64,000 nt of DNA from Candidatus Marinacidobacterales bacterium (GCA_965226495.1 OZ245365.1:5536001-5600000), one strand, 5' to 3'; shown: positions 8,449 through 18,420, counted from the first letter of the stretch. The notes: generated from the letters alone by a model not told the origin. Numbers and translations: made by a program.

Positions 8449-10557
8449 ATGTCTTGGACCCTCTTCACTGCGAACATTCTCGTCAAAGGATTTGTTGTCC
8501 TGGGAGTGGCTTCTCTGATGACCGTCGCACTGAGACAGGCCTCGGCGGCGACGCGGCACGTCGTTTGGGCGTTGGCGCTGATCAGTCTTCTGGCCTTGCC
8601 TTTCTTGTCTTCGGCCTTGCCCACGTGGCAGCTGCCGCTGCCGGTAATGTTCTTGCCGGCTACGCCTTCACCCGACACCCTTGTTCCTGAACGCGGCGTC
8701 GTTGCTGCGGCCCCGACCACGACCGTTCGACCCAAACGCAACGTGTCGCCCTCTACTGAAACGCGGCCGTCCCCCTCCCAGCGTCCCGCACCGGCCGGTG
8801 ATCGCACCGGCTCGACTCTGGCGACCATTGGTTGGCAAACCTGGGTCCTGGCGATCTGGCTCGCCGGATTGGCGCTATTCGCTTCGCGCATCCTCGTTGG
8901 CTTGGTTCGAAGCCGCCATGCCGTGCGCTCGGCGCATGCGATCAAAGATCCCTCGTGGAAGCTTCTGTGTGAAGAAATCGCAGATAAGTTTGGGATCTCG
9001 CAAAGGGTCAGGCTGCTAGAAAGCCCTCGTGCCTCATTGCCTGTGACTTGTGGGTTCTTTCGTTCCTCGGTGCTCCTACCGGAAAACGCCAACGAATGGA
9101 CGGCGGAGCGGCGGCGGAGTGTGTTGCTTCATGAGATGGCTCACGTGAAGCGTCGAGACTGCCTCGTCCAGTTGTTCGCGCAACTCACCTGTGCTGCACA
9201 CTGGTGCAACCCGGCTGTTTGGTTCGCGGCAAGAGAGTTACGGCGCGAGAGCGAGCGAGCCTGCGACGATCTGGTCTTGCACGCGGGTACCCGCCCTTCC
9301 GATTATGCGCACGACCTTCTCGACATGGCTCGGGTATTGACCATGACCCCGACTCCTACCCTGGCCGCGGTCACGCTCGCGCACCGTTCAAGGCTCGAGG
9401 AGCGACTCCTGGCCATTCTGAATCCCAAGCTCCCGCGGCGAGCCCTGAGTCGCCTTTCCGTCTCGTTAGCCACGCTGGCAGTCGTTCTCTTCGTTCTCCC
9501 ATTGGCGACGCTCGTGCCGTCTGCAAAGGCCAGAGAGACATTGCGACCCCACTCGCCGAACCCGCTACTACTCTTAGAAGAGAGTGCGTTGGAAAATAAA
9601 ATGAGCGAACGGGTCCGTTTGCAGGGGCGGGAAACGGACGGAGGGATCCAAACGCTTTCCGAAGTGGAAACAAAGGAGCAGGACGTGGACTCGGATCGCG
9701 ACCGTCAGGTGAACGTTCGCGACGTCGATGACGATGGTGACGACGACGATGAGCGAGAGCGTGTGGACGAGCGCTTGTTGATCCCGCTAATGGAAGCACT
9801 CTCCGATCCGGAACCGGCGGTTCGAGAGCAAGCGGCGGAGGTGCTTGGCGACCTCGAAGACGAAAGAGCGGTCGAGCCCCTCATGGCAGCCGTCACCGAT
9901 GAAAATGAGGACGTGCGAGCGCAGGTCATTTGGGCGCTCGGAAACATGGAAGATCCTCGAACCTTCGAAACCCTCCGTACCGCACTTCGCGATGAGAGCG
10001 AAGAAGTCCAGGAGAGCGCGATCTGGGCTCTTGGGCAACTCGAAGACCCACGGTCGATCGACGCCTTGACCGAAGCGCTCAAATCTGCGAATCCCGACAT
10101 CCGGGAGACGGCCGCCACCTCTCTTGGAAGGATCGAGGACCCTCGCGCGATCGGTGCATTGGAGAGCGTGATCCACGACGAAAGCTCCGACGTCCGAGAG
10201 CAGACCGTCTGGGCACTCGGCATGATCGAAGATCCCGGCTCGGTGCCGGCTTTGAAGGAGGCGCTCCAGGATGAGAATCCTGACGTCCGTGAGCAGGCCG
10301 CTTGGGCGCTCGGCAAAACGGAAGATCCGAGCGCGCTCGATGCTCTCGCGACCGCAGTAAACGATGAGAGTCCCGATGTCCGTGAACAAGCCGTCTGGGC
10401 AATGGGCATGATCCAGGATGCCCGCTCGGTAGACGCCTTGATCGTTGCGCTCAAAGATCAAGAACCCGACATCCGCGAACAGGCCGCTTGGGCGCTCGGC
10501 ATGATCCAGGATTCCCGCGCCGTCGACCCTCTGATCGCCGCCGTCACCGATTCCTAA
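8449..10557 (+). CDS. BlaR1-like M56 metallopeptidase with C-terminal HEAT repeats; the repeats continue to 10717 past an in-frame TAA and a frameshift
   Basis: SAATRHVVW, LLHEMAHVKRRD, HWCNP, ESERACDDLVL, then many ~31-aa D-x4-VREQAxWALG repeats. Confidence 0.9.
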   Translation: MSWTLFTANILVKGFVVLGVASLMTVALRQASAATRHVVWALALISLLALPFLSSALPTWQLPLPVMFLPATPSPDTLVPERGVVAAAPTTTVRPKRNVSPSTETRPSPSQRPAPAGDRTGSTLATIGWQTWVLAIWLAGLALFASRILVGLVRSRHAVRSAHAIKDPSWKLLCEEIADKFGISQRVRLLESPRASLPVTCGFFRSSVLLPENANEWTAERRRSVLLHEMAHVKRRDCLVQLFAQLTCAAHWCNPAVWFAARELRRESERACDDLVLHAGTRPSDYAHDLLDMARVLTMTPTPTLAAVTLAHRSRLEERLLAILNPKLPRRALSRLSVSLATLAVVLFVLPLATLVPSAKARETLRPHSPNPLLLLEESALENKMSERVRLQGRETDGGIQTLSEVETKEQDVDSDRDRQVNVRDVDDDGDDDDERERVDERLLIPLMEALSDPEPAVREQAAEVLGDLEDERAVEPLMAAVTDENEDVRAQVIWALGNMEDPRTFETLRTALRDESEEVQESAIWALGQLEDPRSIDALTEALKSANPDIRETAATSLGRIEDPRAIGALESVIHDESSDVREQTVWALGMIEDPGSVPALKEALQDENPDVREQAAWALGKTEDPSALDALATAVNDESPDVREQAVWAMGMIQDARSVDALIVALKDQEPDIREQAAWALGMIQDSRAVDPLIAAVTDS

Positions 10558-10717
10558 AGCGACGTCCGGGCCGAGGTCGTTGGCGCCCTCGGAATGCTCC
10601 AGGACCGACGAGCCCTCGACACCTTGACGCAAGCCATCAAGGACGAAGACCCGGGACGTCCGCGCACAGGCACTTTGGGCGATCTCCATGTTGGCTCGTG
10701 GATCGGACGACGAGTGA
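9770..10717 (+). repeat. coding tandem HEAT/PBS-lyase repeats (~93-bp period)
   Basis: Recurring GACGTCCG(T/A)GAGCAG and TGGGCGCTCGGC units encoding DVREQA(A/V)WALG. Confidence 0.85.
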
Positions 10718-10786
10718 CGACCGCGCGGCATAGCGTCCTCTGAGACACCGGCCAGCCGCCATGCCGGAAGTCGGGGCCGATGAAGC

Positions 10787-12190
10787 ATGAAGACGGCGCT
10801 TTTTTTCCTCCTCTCGTCGACGCTCGTTGCTGCCGCTGAGCAACCGCGAGTCAGCGCCTACGAGCTCGACGTCTCTTTTTTCCCGGACACGAGGTCGATG
10901 GAAGGCCTCGCTCTGATTCGCTTCGAGCCTACCGATAGCGCTCCGCCCACACTCACGTTCTACCTCCACGGCGAGCTCTCGGTAGACGCGGTTCATCTCG
11001 GCGAGGACTCGCTCGAAATAGAGCAGGACCAGGTGTTCTACGACTTCGACTACTCCCTGGTCGCAACCAGAGTCCGACTCGAGCTCGAAGGAAAGAACCT
11101 GGACCAGGGCCTCTCGATAACCTATTCGGGATTTTTCAACCCGTCGCAAGCTCGGTCACGCACCGACTACATGCGCATCGACTCGGACGGTGTCTTTCTA
11201 CGAGCCTATGGATACTCCCTCTGGTTCCCGACCTTCTTGGAAGCGCAACGAGACTCTTACCCGGTCTCCTTTTCCAAGGTCATGCTCCGAACGCCGCCCG
11301 ATTTCGAATCCGTTTTCGTGGGCCGCAAGCTCACAGAGCGCCAAGAGGACGGCCAACGAGTGACCGAATGGATCGCGGAGGGGATCAACTTGATCGACGC
11401 CCAATGTACGGCTCAGCGGTACTCCGTCACCGCTCACGGCGGCTACTTTCTTTATCATCATGATGACCAAGTGTCGCGGGCCGCGACAGAGCGCATCCTG
11501 CTTTTCGCGAAACAGCTGAACGGCTTCTACCAGAACGTATATAAGAAGGATGCGGATGCTCCCCAGTTCCATATTATGGATATGCCCCGCTATGGCGACA
11601 TCTCGAGCGGCAACGTAGTCGGGATCAACCGCGAGTTGTGGGTCGAGCTCGATGAAACCTCTTACCCCGCGCGAGTCCTCGCTCACGAGCTGGTTCATCC
11701 CTTGGTGCATGTTGATACGAATCGTGCCGACCCCTTGGCGGCTTTGGCGGTCGAAGGATTCCCTGCGTACTTCCACCTTCCGATCATGGCGGAGTTTTTG
11801 GGCGAGGACTACTACCGGACGCACCTAAAGCGGACCGAGACGCGCTATCTAGAGAAAAAATCCTCGGGAACCGATCGTCGCGGACATCCGTTGCCCCAAG
11901 AGAAACCGCTTCTCGATATCGAGGAGGACGAGATCGGTGCCTACAAAGATCCCTTTCTTCTATCGGACCGGGCGCTCTTGTTCTTCGATTACCTCCGAAG
12001 ACAAATGGGCCACGATTTGTTCTTCGCCTTCATCCGGACCCTTTTTAACCGCGAAAAGCTAGACTTGGCGACCTTCGAAGCCACCGTACTCGATTACCTG
12101 CCCGGGACAAAAGGAGAACTCGATCTGTGGCTCAGGACGACCGATTACCCCGAACAGCTTCGACTAGATCACGGGGAAAGGACCAGATGA
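10787..12190 (+). CDS. secreted M1-like (gluzincin) zinc metallopeptidase
   Basis: Signal peptide, HELVH motif with a downstream VEGFPAY third ligand, LFFDYLRRQMG. Confidence 0.75.
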   Translation: MKTALFFLLSSTLVAAAEQPRVSAYELDVSFFPDTRSMEGLALIRFEPTDSAPPTLTFYLHGELSVDAVHLGEDSLEIEQDQVFYDFDYSLVATRVRLELEGKNLDQGLSITYSGFFNPSQARSRTDYMRIDSDGVFLRAYGYSLWFPTFLEAQRDSYPVSFSKVMLRTPPDFESVFVGRKLTERQEDGQRVTEWIAEGINLIDAQCTAQRYSVTAHGGYFLYHHDDQVSRAATERILLFAKQLNGFYQNVYKKDADAPQFHIMDMPRYGDISSGNVVGINRELWVELDETSYPARVLAHELVHPLVHVDTNRADPLAALAVEGFPAYFHLPIMAEFLGEDYYRTHLKRTETRYLEKKSSGTDRRGHPLPQEKPLLDIEEDEIGAYKDPFLLSDRALLFFDYLRRQMGHDLFFAFIRTLFNREKLDLATFEATVLDYLPGTKGELDLWLRTTDYPEQLRLDHGERTR

Positions 12191-14583
12191 TGCAGACGTT
12201 CTTCCAAGACATTCGGTTCGGCTGTCGATCGCTGTGGAAACAACCCACCTTCACTGCCGTTGCGGTGATCACCATCGCCTTGGGCATTGGTGGCAACACG
12301 GCCATGTTCAGCGTGGTGAACGCGGTACTCCTCAAACCTTTCTCCTTCCAGGATCCGGAACAACTCGTTCGTGTCGAGAGCCGCAACTCCTATCCCGATG
12401 TGGCCGACTGGATCCAACAGTCTCGGACGGGAGAGAACTTCGGTGGATACGCGACGTTTTTTCTCGACCTGACCCAAGGGGACGAGCCGGAGCGCATACC
12501 GGGTTCGGCGGTCACCGGAAGCCTCTTTCCGCTACTGGGCGTCAACCCCGCCCTAGGCCGAACACTCGAGCCCGATGACGACGTTCCCGGCGGGGCACGT
12601 GTCATCCTTCTGAGCGACGGCTTCTGGAAAAGGCATCTGGGTAGCGATCCCGAGATCGTCGGCAAGCCTCTTTCCTTTAATGGAGATCAATACACGGTGG
12701 TGGGGGTCATGCCGATGGGGTTCCAGCTGCCTCTCAATCGTTCCGAGACTTGGGTACCGACTCGGGTGGTGATGCGGGAAGCCTCCGCGGCACGCGGGGC
12801 ACACATGTTTCAAGCGGTGGGCCGTCTCAAGACAGACGTGAGCCTCGAACAGGCGCAGGCCGATATGGACAATATCGCAGCTCGTCTCGAGGAGCTCTAC
12901 CCTGAGGAGAACCTCGACCGCCGTTTCATTCTCGCTCCGCTACAGGAGTACGTTGCTCGTGGAGCGAGACCCACGCTGGTGATCCTTCTCGGCGCGGTCG
13001 GTTTTGTCTTGCTCATCGCTTGCGCGAATGTCGCCAACTTGCTGCTGGCGCGAGGGGCGGCGAGACAGCGTGAGATCGCCTTGCGCGCTGCGCTGGGCGC
13101 CGGACGCGCGCGGCTTTTCCGCCAGCTACTGACAGAGAGCGTACTTCTCTCGCTCGCCGGCGGAGCGCTCGCCGCGCCCTTAGCGTTCGCCATCGTGCGC
13201 GTCGTCGTGGCGCTCGGCTCGGAGAGCATCCCTAGACTCGACGAGATCGCACTAGACGGACACGTCTTGGGCTTCGCACTCGGGCTCTCCGTCCTCACCG
13301 GGATCGTGTTCGGACTCATTCCCGCCGCCCACGCCACAGTACCGCGCCTCTTCGATGCACTCAGGGAGGGTGGTCGAGCCTCGGGTAGCGTTTTGCCCCG
13401 CAGATTCCGCAGCGGACTCGTCGTTTCCGAGATGGCGTTGGCAGTCGTGTTGTTGATCGGGGCCGGCCTCTTGCTACGGAGTTTCTATCAACTACAGAAC
13501 GTCGAGCCCGGGTTCGACCACGAAAAACTCTTAACGATGGAATTTTCTCTTCCCGCCAGCACCTATCGTGAGATACCCAAAAGAATTCTCTTCTATCAAC
13601 GGCTACTCGAAGAGCTCGGCACCCTTCCTGGTGTCGAATCTGCGGCGGCGACCACCGAACTGCCGTTGGGAAGCAACTTCGTCCCTCACAACTTTGTGGT
13701 CGAGGGTAAACCCATGGATCCAGGAACCGAGCCCGAGATCTATTATCGCGGCATCAGCCCGGGCTACTTGGATACGATGGGCATTCCGCTCCTTAAGGGT
13801 CGCCGCTTCACCGATCAAGACCGAGAGGGGGCCCCGAGCGTCGGCATCATTAATGAGGCCCTCGCTCGACAACTCTTCCCTGATGAGGATCCCATCGGGC
13901 AAAGGTTCCGATGGGCGCGGCGGTCGGTCCTCTACTGGATCACCATCGTGGGTGTGGCAGGTGACGTGAGGCCCTTCGGGTTGGATGTCGCCGAGCAAGC
14001 GGCCGTCTACATACCATTCACGCAGGAGCGGGATTGGTGGCGAACGTGGATGCACGTTGTGCTCAGAACGACTACCGAGCCCATGAGCTTGGCGCCGGCG
14101 ATCAAGAGTCGCGTCGCGGAACTCGCCAAGACCATCCCGGTCGCCAACATCCGAGGCATGGAAGATCTCATGGCCGACTCGCTCGCCCCGCGCCGGGCAC
14201 GATTTTGGTTGCTCGGAGGTTTCGCCGCGATCGCTATGCTCCTGGCCGCGGTTGGAATCTATGGCGTCCTCTCGTTCATGGTCGTGCAACGCACCAGCGA
14301 AATCGGCGTCCGCATGGCCCTGGGGGCGCGCCGGGCCGACGTCTTGAGAATGGTCATTGGCGAAGGAATGCTCTTGGCGATCGTCGGGATCGCCCTGGGA
14401 GTATTGGGAGCACTAGCTTTGACTGGAGTCATGTCGAGCCTTCTTTATGAAGTAAACGCCGCCGACCCGCTGACCTTCGTCATCATCGCCGCCCTACTGA
14501 CCGGTGTGGCTCTCGCCGCGAGCTTCGTGCCCGCCTTCCGGGCCACCCGAGTCGATCCCCTCACCGCACTCCATTACGAGTAA
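12187..14583 (+). CDS. ABC transporter permease, duplicated MacB/FtsX (ADOP-type orphan)
   Basis: QDIRFGCRSL, ALGIGGNTAMFSVVNAVLL, CANVANLLLARG, EIGVRMALGA, RATRVDPLTAL. ATGA overlap with the upstream gene. Confidence 0.92.
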   Translation: MMQTFFQDIRFGCRSLWKQPTFTAVAVITIALGIGGNTAMFSVVNAVLLKPFSFQDPEQLVRVESRNSYPDVADWIQQSRTGENFGGYATFFLDLTQGDEPERIPGSAVTGSLFPLLGVNPALGRTLEPDDDVPGGARVILLSDGFWKRHLGSDPEIVGKPLSFNGDQYTVVGVMPMGFQLPLNRSETWVPTRVVMREASAARGAHMFQAVGRLKTDVSLEQAQADMDNIAARLEELYPEENLDRRFILAPLQEYVARGARPTLVILLGAVGFVLLIACANVANLLLARGAARQREIALRAALGAGRARLFRQLLTESVLLSLAGGALAAPLAFAIVRVVVALGSESIPRLDEIALDGHVLGFALGLSVLTGIVFGLIPAAHATVPRLFDALREGGRASGSVLPRRFRSGLVVSEMALAVVLLIGAGLLLRSFYQLQNVEPGFDHEKLLTMEFSLPASTYREIPKRILFYQRLLEELGTLPGVESAAATTELPLGSNFVPHNFVVEGKPMDPGTEPEIYYRGISPGYLDTMGIPLLKGRRFTDQDREGAPSVGIINEALARQLFPDEDPIGQRFRWARRSVLYWITIVGVAGDVRPFGLDVAEQAAVYIPFTQERDWWRTWMHVVLRTTTEPMSLAPAIKSRVAELAKTIPVANIRGMEDLMADSLAPRRARFWLLGGFAAIAMLLAAVGIYGVLSFMVVQRTSEIGVRMALGARRADVLRMVIGEGMLLAIVGIALGVLGALALTGVMSSLLYEVNAADPLTFVIIAALLTGVALAASFVPAFRATRVDPLTALHYE

Positions 14584-14597
14584 GCTTCCCTTCCTTA

Positions 14598-14626
14598 TTG
14601 ACAGCTAGAGTTCTGCCCTCTATCAT
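14598..14626 (+). promoter_or_regulatory. near-consensus sigma70 promoter
   Basis: TTGACA (14598-14603), 17-nt spacer, TATCAT (14621-14626). Confidence 0.75.
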
Positions 14627-14757
14627 GTAATCAAATACAAAATTCAAACCTTTTCAGAATTTCCTGCGGCGCACTGCGTATCGTTCGATGGTGATTCCGC
14701 CCTATCTTCCAAGACGGCGCACCACCGAAGTCTCATCACAACTAGAAGAGGAGTCCT

Positions 14758-14958
14758 ATGAATCAAGCGCGTGCCATTTGGGCGATGTTGACCGTCGCAG
14801 CGACTTACCTTAGTGTCACCGGAGCCTTCACGCTCCTGGCTTTTGTCGGCCTCGTCCCCTGGACCGAGGCCAGCGAGGTCGTCGAGGCCTTCTCCGCCTT
14901 GTCGAGCCTCGGCGTAGGCGGGGTTATTGGGCTCTATTTGGGCTCCGGTCCCTCTTAG
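14758..14958 (+). CDS. small 66-aa two-TM membrane protein
   Basis: GAGGAG RBS just before the ATG, its own consensus promoter, two hydrophobic segments. Confidence 0.6.
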   Translation: MNQARAIWAMLTVAATYLSVTGAFTLLAFVGLVPWTEASEVVEAFSALSSLGVGGVIGLYLGSGPS

Positions 14959-15375
14959 CACCCACCAGTAGCGACACGACAAAACAAAGCAAGATGAATC
15001 CGATCGTGATGATCGGTGGGTAGATGAAGTACGCGACGCTGATGGCTAGAAGAACCGTCGTGTAGCCGGCGTCCATCCAGGTCAATGTTCGAAGGAACTC
15101 ATGATCGTCGCCTCGCGCTCGGACCACAACCAGGCTCAGCGATCCTGCGAAGACCAGACTTGCCGCGAAGATCAAGCTGTACCCCTGCAGGAAATCCATC
15201 ATCGAGCGCTCGATGCCGCCGAAGTCAAAGCGGTAGGTGGTCATCAGCGCGAGGGAGTGTCTCCTCGGTCTCGTTAGCGGGCTCGGCACTGCTGAAGTGG
15301 CCGATCATATGAAGCCCCGCGGTTCACCAGCATCGCGTAAGCCCCCAGCTTGAACCAGAATGTGCTTTTCTTCAT
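14924..15375 (-). pseudogene. small integral membrane protein with two apparent +1 frameshifts
   Basis: From ATG 15375: MKKSTFWFKLGAYAMLV / TAGLHMIGHFSSAEPANETEETL / ALMTTYRFDFGGIERSMMDF. Continuity requires removing single bases near 15324 and 15254. Confidence 0.6.
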
Positions 15376-15387
15376 GTCGTAGCCCGC

Positions 15388-16179
15388 CTATTGGATCAGG
15401 TGCGTCGGCAAGGGTTCGCCGGTCTCGAGTAATGTCTTCAGGCTGTTGAGAAGGATGGGCCAACCGCCCGAGGTCTCCTTGTAGGTCCGGGACTCCCCGT
15501 CGAAATCATCATGGGTTACAGTGAGCTTCACGAGGTCGGTATCCCCGAAGCGCTCGATCTCGTACGAGGCGCGGGAAGGCTTGTCTCCGGTTTGTGGGAA
15601 GGAGAAGGTGTGAACGAGTTTCCTTCCTGGGTCGACTTCGAGAACCTTTCCCGTGACCGCCGCTACCCGCTCTCCCTTTTCGTCGTTCATAAAGTAATTC
15701 AGGGGCGAACCGGGCTCTAGGTCGGTTTCGATATCGGTGCCATAAAAGTACTGACGCGTCCGTTCGGGATTAACGAGCGCATCCCAGACCTTATCGGGTG
15801 TCGAGCGGATGTAGAGAACATAAACCTGCTGCAGCTTGGTTTGGGTGGTCACGGTGTCCTCCTTTTCGAGCTCATCTTTCAACGCCGTCAGCCTGGAAGC
15901 CCAGCGGGCGCTGTACTGCGACATCCACCGGTCGGAGATGGCCTGGATGGGGATCGCGTTGAGATAGAGCTCCTTGGTCTTGCCGTTCCGGCGCCGCACG
16001 ATAAGCCCTGCGTCCTCCAGGACACGAAGGTGTTTGAGGACGGCGTACCGGGTGAAAAAGAAGTGAGAAGCAAGCTCGGAGACGGTCATCCCGGGCTGAT
16101 CTTTCACTAGATCGAGCATTAGCCGGCGATTGGAGTCGGCAAGTGCCCTAAACGTGCGGTCATCTGACATTTCTTTCAT
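15388..16179 (-). CDS. ArsR-family HTH fused to an SRPBCC/AHSA1 ligand-binding domain
   Basis: FRALADSNRRLMLD, VLKHLRVLEDAGLI, YIRSTPDKVWDAL, GGWPILLNSLKTLLETG. Confidence 0.9.
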   Translation of the reverse strand: MKEMSDDRTFRALADSNRRLMLDLVKDQPGMTVSELASHFFFTRYAVLKHLRVLEDAGLIVRRRNGKTKELYLNAIPIQAISDRWMSQYSARWASRLTALKDELEKEDTVTTQTKLQQVYVLYIRSTPDKVWDALVNPERTRQYFYGTDIETDLEPGSPLNYFMNDEKGERVAAVTGKVLEVDPGRKLVHTFSFPQTGDKPSRASYEIERFGDTDLVKLTVTHDDFDGESRTYKETSGGWPILLNSLKTLLETGEPLPTHLIQ

Positions 16180-16268
16180 GTGAACAATAAGTCACTTTAA
16201 ATATCAACGATCAGCAATATAGGTTCATTAGGTGCCTTTGTCAATATACTAGTGACTATTTAGTCACT
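16180..16268 (-). promoter_or_regulatory. promoter flanked by two palindromic operators (likely ArsR autoregulation)
   Basis: Minus-strand TTGACA (16244-16239), 17 nt, TATATT (16221-16216). AGTGACTA-TT-TAGTCACT at 16251-16268 and GTGAACAATAAGTCAC at 16180-16195. Confidence 0.7.
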
Positions 16269-17342
16269 TATTTGTAGTGTAGCGCCATGACTAATCGGCA
16301 ACACCCAGACGCCCTCGAGATAGACGCCTACGAAACTCCAGATCGGAGATCCAAATGGTCGGATTTCGACTCCCCTTCGTCACCGTAAACCTATGAATTC
16401 AAGCCCTCGGGCTATTGGCTCGCTTGTTGCATTATTGCAGCCGGTGTGGTTTGACAGGTCGACATCATGAGACCTATGCTTCGTCTACCAATGTCATCCC
16501 GGTCCATCTGCAATGTTCTGGAGTGGCCGGCGATTGTGCCGAATCTTCGCTTGGCGCGATAAGGAGCATTAATGTCTAGAAAACTTCCTTTGATTGCTAG
16601 CTTTCTCGCATTGTTTTCCCTGAGCGTGCCGGTGATGGCCCAGCGCACCACCGGGAACATCGTTGGAGTCGTGTCCGACGAGACCGGCGCGATTTTGCCG
16701 GGAGTGACAGTCACGATAGCTGGTCAATACCTCATGGCTTCTCAAACCGCGACGTCCACCGCGTCCGGACGCTACCGGTTTCCCAACTTGCCGCCCGGTC
16801 CCTACACACTGACCTTCAGCCTCACCGGGTTCGCTTCCTTAACTCGCAGCGACCTGCGGTTGGAAACCGGCGCGACTCTCGAAGTGAACGTTGTGCTCAA
16901 GTTGAGCCAGGTCGCCGAGTCGGTCACCGTGACCGGAGAACAACCGGTCGTCGACGTACGTTCCTCCGAAATAAGCACCAACTACGATCGCGAATGGGTA
17001 GAGAATGCTCCGCTTCCACGCTTCACCTTCTTCGACCTCATCAACGCGGCCCCGGGCATCAGCCAGAACGACTCACAGGACTCCCGATCCACCGCACTCG
17101 GCTCGGGAACAGACGAGAACTCCTATATGCTGGACGGCACAGATTTCACGTCCCCTTTTACCGGGGCCGCCTGGCCCTGGCCCAACACCGATGCCATCGC
17201 CGAAGTGGAGGTGCTGTCCTTAGGAGCTCCCGCCGAGTACGGCAACCTCTCCGGCGCTGTCTTCAACATCACCACTCGCCAGGGAAGTAACGACTTCCAC
17301 GGGGATGTGAATTACTACTACCAATCCGAGGGCTTGACGGCT

Positions 17343-18420
17343 TGTGACTTCAAGTTTGAAGCGCACCATTCGTTAGTTCCCATGGAAACGTTCCTCCGGT
17401 GTGCGGTAACCGAGCCTCTTGCGGGGCCGTGTGTTGAGCTTCTTTGCGATACCATCGCAGTGGCGTTGCGTGAGCGCTGCTTGGCTGGTGCGCTTCGGCA
17501 GGTATTGTCGTAGCAATCCATTGAAGTTCTCGTTGCTGCCTCTCTCCCATGAGTGATAGGGAGTTGCAAAGTAGAACTTGACGCCGGTCGCTTCCTCGAC
17601 GGATTCGTAGTCGTGGAACTCCGTGCCATTGTCCGCGGTGATGGTCTTGACCTGATCCGGCACCCGCCGGAGCAACATCTTCGTTCGCTGGCTAGTGCCG
17701 AACATGCTGCGGTCGGACAGTTTGCCGATCAGCGCATAGCCCGTCTTTCGTTCCACGAGCGTGGTGACGCAGTCCGGCGCGTCTTTTCCTACCACGGTGT
17801 CAATCTCCCAGTGGCCAACGGCACGGCGCTTGTCGATACAAGACGGCCGCTCGGAGATGTGACGCTTCCCGGCCAGGCGGCCTCGGCTGTCGTAGCTGTT
17901 GTGGCGCTTGCGTCTAAGTTTGGGCGAGCATCGAAGGTGGCGGTATAGATGTCCTCCGGCCTCCTTGTCCCGCCAAACGTGGGTGTAGATCGTCTCGTGG
18001 CTGATCGAGAGCTCGCCGTGAAGGCGCAGGTGGCCGGAGATCTGCTCTGGGCTCCAGTCGGCCTTAAGCTTCTTCTCCACCAGGGCAAAGTCGGCCTTTG
18101 TGAAGTACTGGTTCCGGCGAGACCGCGAGCGTCGTCCGTTCGTTCTCTCGATGGCCTTGCTCGGCCGGTAGCATCCATCACTAGGTGAGCTGTTCCTCCT
18201 GACCTCTCTCGAGATGGTGCTCCGGTGGCGCCCCAGGCGCCGCGCGATCTCGGCCGAGCAAAATCCCTCCCGTCGCAGCGCCGCGATGGTGTAGCGTTCT
18301 TCCGAGGTGATCTGGTAATAAGTCATTAGCGAGTCCCCATTCTTGGTTGTTTGAGGAATCGTGGCACATTCCAGGTCACCTCATCCGGGAGCTGTGTTGC
18401 ACTTACTTTATGAATTCGCG
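17343..18420 (-). mobile_element. IS30-family insertion sequence (1078 bp) with a 3-bp target duplication GCT
   Basis: Imperfect terminal IRs: TGTGACTTCAAGTTTGAAGCGCACCA versus CGCGAATTCATAAAGTAAGTGCAACA (reverse complement of the right end). GCT at 17340-17342 and 18421-18423. Confidence 0.9.
17373..18326 (-). CDS. IS30-family transposase
   Basis: IARRLGRHRSTISREVRRN HTH, WSPEQIS, GHWEIDT, TADNGTEF, WERGSNENFNGLLRQYLPK, LNTRPRKRLGYRTP. Confidence 0.97.
   Translation of the reverse strand: MTYYQITSEERYTIAALRREGFCSAEIARRLGRHRSTISREVRRNSSPSDGCYRPSKAIERTNGRRSRSRRNQYFTKADFALVEKKLKADWSPEQISGHLRLHGELSISHETIYTHVWRDKEAGGHLYRHLRCSPKLRRKRHNSYDSRGRLAGKRHISERPSCIDKRRAVGHWEIDTVVGKDAPDCVTTLVERKTGYALIGKLSDRSMFGTSQRTKMLLRRVPDQVKTITADNGTEFHDYESVEEATGVKFYFATPYHSWERGSNENFNGLLRQYLPKRTSQAALTQRHCDGIAKKLNTRPRKRLGYRTPEERFHGN

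Noticed and set aside
8039-10557. Beta-lactam resistance locus (blaI/blaR1)
   Set aside because: The sensor has HEAT repeats instead of a penicillin-binding domain, and no beta-lactamase is linked. The serine hydrolase at 39501 is distant, esterase-like and broken.
9770-10717. CRISPR-like or DGR-like periodic repeats
   Set aside because: The ~93-bp periodicity is in-frame HEAT coding sequence with synonymous variation. No cas or reverse transcriptase genes are present.
16572-17513. Two separate TonB-related genes (16572-17513 and 18361-20403)
   Set aside because: They are halves of one gene; their extra terminal residues are read from IS30 sequence.
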